64,000 nucleotides of DNA from Coriobacteriia bacterium (lineage in GTDB: Bacteria; Actinomycetota; Coriobacteriia; Anaerosomatales; PALSA-660): positions 6,189-70,188 of the forward strand of contig DATCIG010000008.1 in the NCBI GenBank assembly GCA_036507895.1. The letters run 5' to 3'. How positions within the stretch are numbered: position 1 is the first letter of the stretch; each line of letters begins with the position of its first letter. The position numbers and the translations under genes are program-made. Shown piece by piece: positions 26,077-34,111 of the stretch. A model generated the notes under the pieces. It saw only the letters and a list, made by a program, of their open reading frames with translations, ran no database searches and was not told the origin of the DNA.

Positions 26077-27198
26077 CTACGGTCTGACAGCCCCGACGTA
26101 GTCCGATCGTGAGCTGATCCGATCGGTCAGTGACGAGTACTTCACGAAGTCGCCGGTCCCCGGGGCATGGATGAACACCCCACCGCCGACGTACATCCCC
26201 ACGTGGTGGATCTTGGTCGGATCGCCACCGTAACCGAAGAAGACGAGATCGCCGGACTCCAGCAGGTCCGTCCTGGAGGGCGGGATGAACTGACCCACGG
26301 TGAACTGCGTCCGACTCGTGCGCGGCAGGGATATCCCGACCTCGCGGTAGGCGTACTGGACGAAGCCCGAACAGTCGAATCCCGACGGGGTCGTTCCTCC
26401 CCACAGGTAGCGCACGCCGAGGTAGCGCTTGGCCGCGGCAGTGGCCTCCGGATGCGATGCTCCGAGGTCGCCGGCGTCACTCGGACGAGTGGACGGATGG
26501 GTGGCCGCCTCGGCTGCGCGCCGTGCAAGCTCTGCCGCGGCGCGCGCCCGCCGATCCGACTCTTCCTTCATCAACTTCTTGATGTCCGCCGCCAGCGACG
26601 CGACGTAGGACTGCTGACGTACGAAGGAGGCCTCGACGAGATCCGCCTGCGCCTGCGCCTGTTCGCGGAGCGCGACCTCCTCGGACTCGCGGTTCTGCAG
26701 TGACACCTTCGTTTCCGCGACACTGTTGCGATCCGCCTCGACCTGAGCAACGAGCTCGGCATCGGAGGTGGTGATCCTGTTGAGCAGATCGAGGCGCGTG
26801 ACAAAGTCCTCGAACGAAGAGGTCCCGAACAGGACCTCGACGACGTCCACGGACCCGCTGCGGTAGATGAAGTCGGCCCGGGAGGCCAACTGCGCCTCGG
26901 AGTCCTGGAACGCGGACTGGACGGCCGCGAGGCGCTGTTCCGTGACGACTATCTGATCGCGCGTGGCCTGCACAGCCGCTTTGACGGCCTCGAGGTCGGT
27001 CTGCTTCAGCTCGAGGTCGTCGTTCAGGTCCTGAAGCTTCGTCTCGGCCAACGCGGCATCAGCTTGCTTCGCGCGGATCTTGGCGTTGGTCGGCGCCGCC
27101 AGCGCTACGACAGGCAGCAGCACCAGGCACGCTGCCAGAACGCACGCGATGAAAGCCGATGTGGCCGGACGGCCGACGATGCGTCGCACCTGCTCCAA
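26077..27198 (-). CDS. Secreted NlpC/P60 (C40) peptidoglycan endopeptidase with a long N-terminal coiled coil (RipA-like architecture)
   Basis: Signal/TM segment, about 200 aa of heptad-rich sequence, then the C40 core (YLWGGTTPSGFDCSGFVQYAY...GDLVFF...HVGMYVGGGVFIHAP). Confidence 0.85.
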   Translation of the reverse strand: MEQVRRIVGRPATSAFIACVLAACLVLLPVVALAAPTNAKIRAKQADAALAETKLQDLNDDLELKQTDLEAVKAAVQATRDQIVVTEQRLAAVQSAFQDSEAQLASRADFIYRSGSVDVVEVLFGTSSFEDFVTRLDLLNRITTSDAELVAQVEADRNSVAETKVSLQNRESEEVALREQAQAQADLVEASFVRQQSYVASLAADIKKLMKEESDRRARAAAELARRAAEAATHPSTRPSDAGDLGASHPEATAAAKRYLGVRYLWGGTTPSGFDCSGFVQYAYREVGISLPRTSRTQFTVGQFIPPSRTDLLESGDLVFFGYGGDPTKIHHVGMYVGGGVFIHAPGTGDFVKYSSLTDRISSRSDYVGAVRP

Positions 27199-27339
27199 CC
27201 CCCGTAGTTGACGGTCGAACTGCTGCGTGAAGGGTGTGCGTTGACGCGCTTCGAGCCAGCGACGAGCCCTATCGATGATAGCACCCGGCTGACCGGACGG
27301 CCTCGCCGAACGGACGCCGAGACTCCTGCGACGGGCCGG

Positions 27340-27855
27340 TCAGGCCACGTGCACCAGCGAAACGATCGTGTGATCGCCGAGCTTCTCGCGACCGTTCAGG
27401 AAATCGAGCTCCATCAGGAACGTGAAGCCGATGACCTCCGCGCCGTTGCGCACGACCAGATCGGCCTTGGCCGACGCCGTTCCACCGGTCGCCAGCACGT
27501 CATCGACGATGAGGACGCGATCCCCCGCCACCAGCGCATCGGTGTGCATCTCCAGTTGATCCACACCGTACTCGAGCGAGTACTCGGCGCTCGTCGTGTT
27601 CCACGGCAGCTTGCCCGGCTTGCGAGCGGGCACGAAGCCCGCGCCGAGCACGTATGCGAGGGCGCCACCAAGGATGAAGCCGCGCGCCTCAGCGCCCAGC
27701 ACCTTGGTGATCCCTGAGTCTGCGAAGGGGGCAGCCAGCAGGTCGATCGCCTCGCGGAACCCTTCGGGGCTCGCCAGGAGCGGTGTGATGTCCTTGAAGA
27801 CGATGCCAGGCTTGGGAAAGTCCGGGATGTCACGGATATAGGATTCGAGGTTCAC
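27340..27855 (-). CDS. apt: Adenine phosphoribosyltransferase
   Basis: IPDFPKPGIVFKDITPLL and PRPP motif VLIVDDVLATGGT. Confidence 0.9.
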   Translation of the reverse strand: MNLESYIRDIPDFPKPGIVFKDITPLLASPEGFREAIDLLAAPFADSGITKVLGAEARGFILGGALAYVLGAGFVPARKPGKLPWNTTSAEYSLEYGVDQLEMHTDALVAGDRVLIVDDVLATGGTASAKADLVVRNGAEVIGFTFLMELDFLNGREKLGDHTIVSLVHVA

Positions 27856-27888
27856 GCGGGTCCTCTCGGGGTGCGTCGAGCAGTGCCT

Positions 27889-28911
27889 TCAGCGGTTGAA
27901 AGGGTAGCACACGTCGGAATCGGTGCAGGCGCGGTCCGCCAGAGCGCGAAGTTGGTCTTCAGTACCGAGAACCACCAGCCGATCCCCGCTGCGCATCACG
28001 GTTTCTCCCGATGGATTCGGATTGTCCGAGCCGTCAGGGCCCCGGACTGCGAGCACGTAGGCGCCGGTCGTCGACCGGATGTGCGCCTCCGCGATGGACT
28101 TCCCCACGTAGGGATCGCCCTCGGAGAGTGCGATCTGCTCGAGCTTGAACTCCATCCCCCGGCCGCGAGTGACGACGTCGAGGAAGTCGACCACCATCGG
28201 CTTCATCACCATCGCCGCCATCCGGCGACCGCCGATCTCTGTCGGCGTGATCACGCGGTCCGCGCCGGAGCGCAGCAGCTTCGACTCGGCGGAGGGCGTC
28301 GTTGCGCGAGCGACCACGAACAGGTCGCGCGCCAAGCCACGTGCGGTGAGCGTCACGAACACGTTCGAGGCATCGGAATCGAGCGCCGCGGTGAGGCTGC
28401 GCGCCCGAAGGATCCCCGCCTCCATCAGCGTCGCCTCCTCCGTGGCGTCCCCTTGCACCCACGCCCAGCCCTTCTCCTTGGCGCGCACGATCGCGGCGTC
28501 GTCGAGGTCGATCACGACGAAGGGGGTCCCCGCCGCCTCGAACTCCTCAGCCACCACCAGGCCGACGCGCCCCAGCCCGGCGACGACGTGATGCTCCGAC
28601 ATTCCCGTGATGAGCTTGTCCATGCGCCTTCCCTCCAGCAATCCCGAGAAGTGACCCTCGACCATGAAGTCGGTGACGGTGACAACAGCGAACCCCAAAG
28701 CGCCGACCCCAGCGACGATCACGAGCATCGTCCAGAGCTGGCCCGCCTGGGAGAGCGGGTGGATCTCCCGATAACCGACCCCGCCCATGGTGATGACGGT
28801 CATGTACAGACCGTCGAACGCGCCCCAGCCCTCGATGAGCACGTAGCCGAGCGATCCGATGACCACGACCGCCACGAACACGGCGAACGCGTAGACGAGC
28901 CTGCGGATCAT
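27889..28911 (-). CDS. Two-TM pore + RCK (TrkA-N/TrkA-C) channel-like protein with a non-canonical selectivity filter
   Basis: M1 helix, pore helix, filter TMGGVGYRE (canonical: T-x-TTVGYGD), M2 helix, Rossmann GLGRVG, C-terminal TrkA-C. The start overlaps the hpt stop by 4 nt. Confidence 0.75.
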   Translation of the reverse strand: MIRRLVYAFAVFVAVVVIGSLGYVLIEGWGAFDGLYMTVITMGGVGYREIHPLSQAGQLWTMLVIVAGVGALGFAVVTVTDFMVEGHFSGLLEGRRMDKLITGMSEHHVVAGLGRVGLVVAEEFEAAGTPFVVIDLDDAAIVRAKEKGWAWVQGDATEEATLMEAGILRARSLTAALDSDASNVFVTLTARGLARDLFVVARATTPSAESKLLRSGADRVITPTEIGGRRMAAMVMKPMVVDFLDVVTRGRGMEFKLEQIALSEGDPYVGKSIAEAHIRSTTGAYVLAVRGPDGSDNPNPSGETVMRSGDRLVVLGTEDQLRALADRACTDSDVCYPFNR

Positions 28912-29489
28912 CGGTTCGCCAGGCCGAGGTCGTCAAGGACCTCGTCACTCAGCACTCCGAGGTAGTCGAGATTGCGCATTCGACCCTCAAGGTCCAATCC
29001 ATACCCGACAACGAAGGTATCGGGCATGCGAAAGCCGCGATAGGCGATGGGGAGGTCGGCGATGCGCCGCTGGTCGCGGTCGAGCAGGACGGCGACCTCG
29101 AGACTCGCGGGTCGGCGCGCCCGCAGAATGCCCAGGAGGTAGTTGAGGGTCAGCCCGGTGTCGATGATGTCCTCGACCACCAACACGTGCGCGCCCTCGA
29201 TATCCTCGTCGAGATCCTTGGTGATGCGCACACCACCCGGGTGCTCGGACGGTCCGTACGAGCTGATCGCCATGAAGTCGAGACGAACCTCAGCATCGAT
29301 TGCACGACACAGGTCGGCAAGAAAGAACACGCCGCCGCGCAGCACGGTGATGAGGATGATCTCGCGACCCGCGTAGTCCTCCGAGATCGCTGCGCCCAGC
29401 TCTGCGATACGGGCACGGATGCGTTCCCGATCCAGCAGCACTCCGGCGATTTCGTCAGGCGCGCCCGGCGGAGCCGGCTCGACCCTCAC
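28908..29489 (-). CDS. hpt: Hypoxanthine(-guanine) phosphoribosyltransferase
   Basis: PRPP motif VLVVEDIIDTGLTL and typical VGYGLD. Confidence 0.9.
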   Translation of the reverse strand: MRVEPAPPGAPDEIAGVLLDRERIRARIAELGAAISEDYAGREIILITVLRGGVFFLADLCRAIDAEVRLDFMAISSYGPSEHPGGVRITKDLDEDIEGAHVLVVEDIIDTGLTLNYLLGILRARRPASLEVAVLLDRDQRRIADLPIAYRGFRMPDTFVVGYGLDLEGRMRNLDYLGVLSDEVLDDLGLANR

Positions 29490-29911
29490 CCGGTGCTGCC
29501 GGCGCCGTGGCGCAGGTCCTTGGCGCCCTGGGGATACGCCAGCCCGTACTTGAAACAGAGGGCGCGAAAGTCCTTCTGATAGAAGATCTTGATCTGAACC
29601 TCCGGATAGAGTTCGCGCAAGCGGCGCACTTTGCGGTTCTTCTTGGTCACGAGCTTCTGCGACATCGTCGTGAGCTCGATGTAGAGATCGAAGTCCGGCA
29701 TGTAGAAATCAGGCGAGAACGACGCGATGACGTCGCCGGCGGCGTTCCATTCGATCGGGAAGGTCGTTGGCTCGTACTCCCAACGGATCCCGTAGAAGTC
29801 GAGTATCTGTGCTGCGACCCTCTCCGATGGATGGGCGAACGCGGTCGCAGCGACCTTGCCGGAGATCGGCAGCTCGTCGCCCTCCTGTGATGTCACATTC
29901 GATCCGGTCAT
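29486..29911 (-). CDS. Conserved-looking hypothetical protein; possible PD-(D/E)XK nuclease-like core (weak)
   Basis: 141 aa from ATG 29911 (8 nt after the MerR stop). The stop overlaps the hpt start. The segment ...FSPDFYMPDFDLYIELTTMSQK... resembles D...(D/E)-x-K strands, but this is only a by-eye impression. Confidence 0.35.
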   Translation of the reverse strand: MTGSNVTSQEGDELPISGKVAATAFAHPSERVAAQILDFYGIRWEYEPTTFPIEWNAAGDVIASFSPDFYMPDFDLYIELTTMSQKLVTKKNRKVRRLRELYPEVQIKIFYQKDFRALCFKYGLAYPQGAKDLRHGAGSTG

Positions 29912-29918
29912 GCGAGCG

Positions 29919-30632
29919 CTACACCACGTCCTCGAACGTACCCGCAACGGCGCGCCGGGTCAGACTCCGCTTGAGTTCGTCGGTCAGCCTCGTGAGGTCG
30001 GCCACGGCTTCGATCAGCTTCTGCTTCGTCTCGGGAGTGCGATGCCGATACGCGGGCATAAGGATCTGCTGGAACAACGCCGCCTCACGCTCGGCAGCGG
30101 TGACGTGCATGCGGAGATGACGGGGATCGATGCCGTAGGCGCGCATATCCCAACAGACGTGCGCGATCTGGACGTCCCCACGCGGCAACTCGTCTCCGCG
30201 CTCCCCCTTGACCAGGCTCACGAGCCCGAACTCCGCGAGCTCGCGAACGAACGAGACCGGGAACCCCAGCGCGGACGGCACATCCTCGAGCGCCACGGCT
30301 TCCGCGCTGTCGAAAGGCATCGCGACCGACTCCGGGCGAGTGACCATCGGCCGGAGCTCCTCGGGGACCTTCCCCTTGTCGAAGTCCTTGAGCTTCTCGC
30401 GGATCACCGCGAGCGGCAGGAAGTGCTCCTTCTGGAGCCGGAGGATCAGATCGACGCGCGCCACGTCGGCCGTCGAGAACTTCCGATAGCCGCCAGCGGT
30501 CCGCTCGGGCGTGACCAAGCCCTCGTCCTCGAGGAAGCGCACCTTGCTGATCGTGAGATCGGGGTGCGCCGGCATGAGGTTCTCGACCAGCTCACCGATC
30601 GTCATGTAGTCACGGCTGCGTGACGCTGTCAT
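29919..30632 (-). CDS. MerR-family transcription regulator (FtsR/Rv1828-like by context)
   Basis: MerR HTH (MTIGELV...ISKVRFLEDEGLVTPERTAGGYRKFSTADVARV). ATG overlaps the stop of the upstream FHA gene (ATGA). FHA-MerR adjacency near gcvH is conserved in actinobacteria. Confidence 0.8.
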   Translation of the reverse strand: MTASRSRDYMTIGELVENLMPAHPDLTISKVRFLEDEGLVTPERTAGGYRKFSTADVARVDLILRLQKEHFLPLAVIREKLKDFDKGKVPEELRPMVTRPESVAMPFDSAEAVALEDVPSALGFPVSFVRELAEFGLVSLVKGERGDELPRGDVQIAHVCWDMRAYGIDPRHLRMHVTAAEREAALFQQILMPAYRHRTPETKQKLIEAVADLTRLTDELKRSLTRRAVAGTFEDVV

Positions 30633-31075
30633 TCGGCCCCTCCCGACAGGAACACCATTTGAAACCGTCCGATCTGTACCTGATCACCGGTACGGAGCGC
30701 GGCACGATCGACGCTCACACCGTTGACGTAGACACCATTGAGCGAACCGGCGTCGGAGATGCTCACATCGCTTCCGACCACCTCGAGCACCGCATGCGCG
30801 CGCGACACGGTGATGTCATTCAGAAAGATGTCCGCGACCGGATCGCGGCCGACCGTGAGCCGCGGGCGATCGAGGTAGAAGCGCTCCCCGACCTCCGGCC
30901 CCTTGCGTACAACGAGAAGGGGCCCGTCTGTGACAGCGGCGCTCGGGCGTACGCCCTCAGCGGTCTCGCCTACGGGAGCGAACGAGGCGGTCTTCTCAGG
31001 CAAGGACCGGCCACACGCAGAACATGCCGTGGCATCGTCATCGACCTTCGCACCGCATGCCGCGCACGTGTTCAT
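30629..31075 (-). CDS. Zinc-ribbon + FHA-domain protein (GarA/OdhI position)
   Basis: N-terminal CAACG-x9-CSACG ribbon and an FHA core (LTVGRDPVADIFLNDITVSRAHA...SLNGVYVNG...L..GD.VQIG.F). Start refined to ATG 31075 behind GGGAGAG. Confidence 0.85.
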   Translation of the reverse strand: MNTCAACGAKVDDDATACSACGRSLPEKTASFAPVGETAEGVRPSAAVTDGPLLVVRKGPEVGERFYLDRPRLTVGRDPVADIFLNDITVSRAHAVLEVVGSDVSISDAGSLNGVYVNGVSVDRAALRTGDQVQIGRFQMVFLSGGAE

Positions 31076-31103
31076 ACGCTCTCCCGATCGGATGTAGAGC
31101 CCG

Positions 31104-31700
31104 TCAGTCGGTGAATCCGAAATCCTTGCTCTTGAACGCAGAAGTGATACTGCCCTCGACCGCGGCGATGACCTCCGGGGTCTCGAGGACGTGGCTGAGC
31201 TTCTCTTCGCTGAGGCGGTTGCGTACATACGGATCCTTGAGCGCGTCTGCGAGCTTGCGGCCGTTCCCGACCTCGCGGACGACGTACTCGATCACGCGCT
31301 CCTCGAGCTCGTTCGCAGACAATCCCTCGAGAAACACGCGGATGGAATCAGACAGATCTGGCACATCTCCTCCTTGCGGGCGGGCTGCTCTTCGTTCCTT
31401 GGGGGCATCGGTATCGCCGACCGGTACGGACGCGGAACCGCGAAGATCGCTCGCGAGGATCGCTATCAACCGGTCGAGGTCCGTGCCCGAGATCACGTCG
31501 TGATTCTCGCGGCGGCCTTCGGTGAGCCGGCGCACGAGCTCCGCGCGCAGGATATCGATCTTCCCGTGGAGCACGCGGCGACGGAAACTCAGCTCGTCTT
31601 CCTCCACCGACATCTGGTCGAGCAGGGAGCGCAGTTCGTCGTTGCTCTTTTCGCACAGATTGAGAAGCGCATCGTCGCCGAACTCTACTGACTCCTGCAT
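31104..31700 (-). CDS. Coiled-coil protein with an RsiG-like E-x3-S-x2-R-x3-H-x3-D motif; function unknown
   Basis: 198 aa from ATG 31700 behind AGGAGGAG. Residues 34-49 are E-DEL-S-FR-R-RVL-H-GKI-D within ...LSFRRRVLHGKIDILRAELVRRL.... The C-terminal half was not recognised. Confidence 0.35.
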   Translation of the reverse strand: MQESVEFGDDALLNLCEKSNDELRSLLDQMSVEEDELSFRRRVLHGKIDILRAELVRRLTEGRRENHDVISGTDLDRLIAILASDLRGSASVPVGDTDAPKERRAARPQGGDVPDLSDSIRVFLEGLSANELEERVIEYVVREVGNGRKLADALKDPYVRNRLSEEKLSHVLETPEVIAAVEGSITSAFKSKDFGFTD

Positions 31701-31808
31701 AACTCCTCCTGTTCGAAGCTCCGCTGGAAGTGTACCACCGGGCACCGTCACGCAAGGGCTGCAGAACGCCGCAGCCGTCGGATCAGTGCCTCGACGTCCA
31801 CTGTAGGT

Positions 31809-32600
31809 TCATACCGGTCGAGGAGCGGTCCACACCTCGTGCTCGTGACGCCGCTCGGAGGCCTCGGCGATCTCGATGTCGGTGAACGCCCCCGACGCCA
31901 GAACCACCCCGAACACACGCTCCGCCGCCGTGACGACCGCCTGCGCTATCTCATCGAACGAGGGCGAACGGCCCAGCGCCCCCGACAACGTCGCGGTGGT
32001 CTCCCCCAGAGCTTCGCGAGCCCGTTCATCCAGCCGGAACACATCGGCCTCGGCGTCGATGTCACGACCCACCACGAACGATCCGTGCTGGAGCACGGCA
32101 GCACCTTCCCAGACCTGCGCGCTCCCCGAAAGCTTGGCCGCGCCCAGCGAGAGGTCGGCCTGCGTCGCATGCAGGTAGCACGCGCCGGATCCGCGCTCGC
32201 CGCGGGACCGGGCGGTGACCTGCGCCGGAACGCCGAGGAGCGCATACGCCTCGGCAAGCGCGCCGGACAGGTGCCGGTAGGATGCCGCCACCCCGGAGGG
32301 CACACCATCCCGGGTACCCGCGACGATGCTGTAGGTGAACTCGTCGTCGTGGATGACGCCACGACCGCCGGTCGGACGCCGCACAATGTCGAATCCACGG
32401 CGCTCACACTCGCTCATGTCGACCTGTTCGACAGGCTGGAAACGCCCCAGCGTGACGGTCGGCACCTCCCACCGGTACAGCCGGAGCGTCGGAACCGAGA
32501 CGCCGGCGGCGACGCCACGTAGAACGGCCCGGTCCAGGGCCATGTTCATGGCTCCCTGGACCGGGCCGTCGATGATCAAACGCCAGATCGGACCGGACAC
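31809..32600 (-). CDS. Lipoate-protein ligase / octanoyltransferase family (LplA/LipM-like BPL_LplA_LipB domain)
   Basis: ...MALDRAVL...PTLRLYRW..PTVTLGRFQ...RRPTGGRGV.H..E.TYS.... Located directly downstream of the gcv genes. Confidence 0.8.
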   Translation of the reverse strand: MSGPIWRLIIDGPVQGAMNMALDRAVLRGVAAGVSVPTLRLYRWEVPTVTLGRFQPVEQVDMSECERRGFDIVRRPTGGRGVIHDDEFTYSIVAGTRDGVPSGVAASYRHLSGALAEAYALLGVPAQVTARSRGERGSGACYLHATQADLSLGAAKLSGSAQVWEGAAVLQHGSFVVGRDIDAEADVFRLDERAREALGETTATLSGALGRSPSFDEIAQAVVTAAERVFGVVLASGAFTDIEIAEASERRHEHEVWTAPRPV

Positions 32601-32608
32601 GGCGCCCG

Positions 32609-34111
32609 CTACTCGGCGCTCGGTGACTGCCAGCGCAGATCGGGCTGCCTAGCGGCACGCGCCTCGTCAAGTCGACGCACGGGTGTGTCGTAGGGTGCCC
32701 CGTGAAGCAGGTCCGGGTCAGTGGCGGCTTCGGCTGCGATCGCCAACATCGCGGCCACCATCCGATCGAGGTCCTCGAGGGATTCCGTCTCGGTGGGCTC
32801 GAACATGATCGCCTCGTCGACGATCAGCGGGAAGTAGATGGTCGGCGGGTGGATCCCGTAGTCGAGCAGCCTCTTGGCGACGTCGAGTGTGTGGACCCCG
32901 TACTCCTTGCGCAGCAGGCCGCCCGACAGCACGAATTCGTGCATGCAGGGCCGGTCGTACGGCAACGGATACGTGCCCTTGAGCTTCTCCTTGAGGTAGT
33001 TCGCGGAAAGCACGGCCTGCTCGCTCGCAGCGCGAAGTCCGTCTCCCCCGAGCGCCAACACGTACGCGTATGCGCGGACAAGGACGCCGAAGTTGCCGAA
33101 TGCCGAGCGGACGCGGCCGATCGAACGCTCCGTCCATCCGAGTCCGAACGAGCCGTCCTCGAGGCGCACCGGCAGCGGGCCGGGAAGGTACGGCATGAGC
33201 GCGGCTGTGACGCATACGGGTCCCGCCCCGGGTCCTCCCCCGCCATGAGGCGTGCTGAAGGTCTTGTGGAGGTTGATATGCAAGGCATCGAAGCCCATGT
33301 CGCCCGGGCGGGCTTTACCCATGATGGCGTTCATGTTCGCGCCGTCGCAGTATGCGAGTGCGCCGACGGAGTGCACCGCTTCGGTGATGGCCACGATGTT
33401 GGGGTCGAACAGGCCGAGCGTGTTCGGGTTGGTGAGCATCAGCGCTGCGACGTCGGTGTCGAGCGCGGCCCGCAGCGCATCGAGATCCACGGCTCCCTGA
33501 GCATCGCTCGGGATCGTGGTCACCTCGTAGCCGGCCATCGCCACCGTCGCCGGGTTGGTGCCGTGAGCAGCGTCGGGGATGATCACGCGGCGGCGAGGGT
33601 CGCCCTGCGCCGTGTGGTAGGCGCGGAACATCATCAGTGCGGAGAACTCACCGTGTGCGCCGGCCGCGGGTTGCAGTGTCACACCCGGAAGTCCGGATAT
33701 CTCCGCGAGCGCCTCCGCCAGCCCGACCATGAGTCCAAGAGCACCCTGAACGGTCTCGATCGGCTGGTAGGGGTGAAGGCCCGCGAAACCCTCAAGGCGA
33801 CAGGCGTCCTCATTCAACCTCGGGTTGTACTTCATGGTGCACGACCCCAGCGGATACGAGCCGGTGTCGACCCCGAAGTTCATCGAGGCCAGATGGTGGT
33901 AGTGCCGAGCGATCTCACCCTCGGTCACGTGCGGGAGATGCGGTGGCGTCGTGCGGGAGTGTCCCGCGAGCGCCTCGTCCATCGATACCTCGGGGACGTC
34001 CAGTGACGTGATCTCGAAGCAGCGGGACTCGGGGGATCCGGTCTCGAATATGAGCGCACGGGGCCCGCGGCCGGGAGCGTCCGCGGGGATCCTTGGATCG
34101 CGTATGGTCAC
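32609..34111 (-). CDS. gcvPB: Glycine dehydrogenase (decarboxylating) subunit 2
   Basis: PLGSCTMKYNPR and the PLP-lysine region NLHKTFSTPHGGGGPG. GTG start at 34111 overlaps the gcvPA stop (GTGA) and lies behind GGAGGT. Confidence 0.9.
   Translation of the reverse strand: MTIRDPRIPADAPGRGPRALIFETGSPESRCFEITSLDVPEVSMDEALAGHSRTTPPHLPHVTEGEIARHYHHLASMNFGVDTGSYPLGSCTMKYNPRLNEDACRLEGFAGLHPYQPIETVQGALGLMVGLAEALAEISGLPGVTLQPAAGAHGEFSALMMFRAYHTAQGDPRRRVIIPDAAHGTNPATVAMAGYEVTTIPSDAQGAVDLDALRAALDTDVAALMLTNPNTLGLFDPNIVAITEAVHSVGALAYCDGANMNAIMGKARPGDMGFDALHINLHKTFSTPHGGGGPGAGPVCVTAALMPYLPGPLPVRLEDGSFGLGWTERSIGRVRSAFGNFGVLVRAYAYVLALGGDGLRAASEQAVLSANYLKEKLKGTYPLPYDRPCMHEFVLSGGLLRKEYGVHTLDVAKRLLDYGIHPPTIYFPLIVDEAIMFEPTETESLEDLDRMVAAMLAIAAEAATDPDLLHGAPYDTPVRRLDEARAARQPDLRWQSPSAE

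Noticed and set aside
27199-27339. Possible ydaO-type (c-di-AMP) riboswitch in the 5' leader of the NlpC/P60 gene, as is common in actinobacteria.
   Set aside because: I read the minus strand by eye and could not find the conserved ydaO core segments or its pseudo-symmetric helices. An Infernal scan would settle it.
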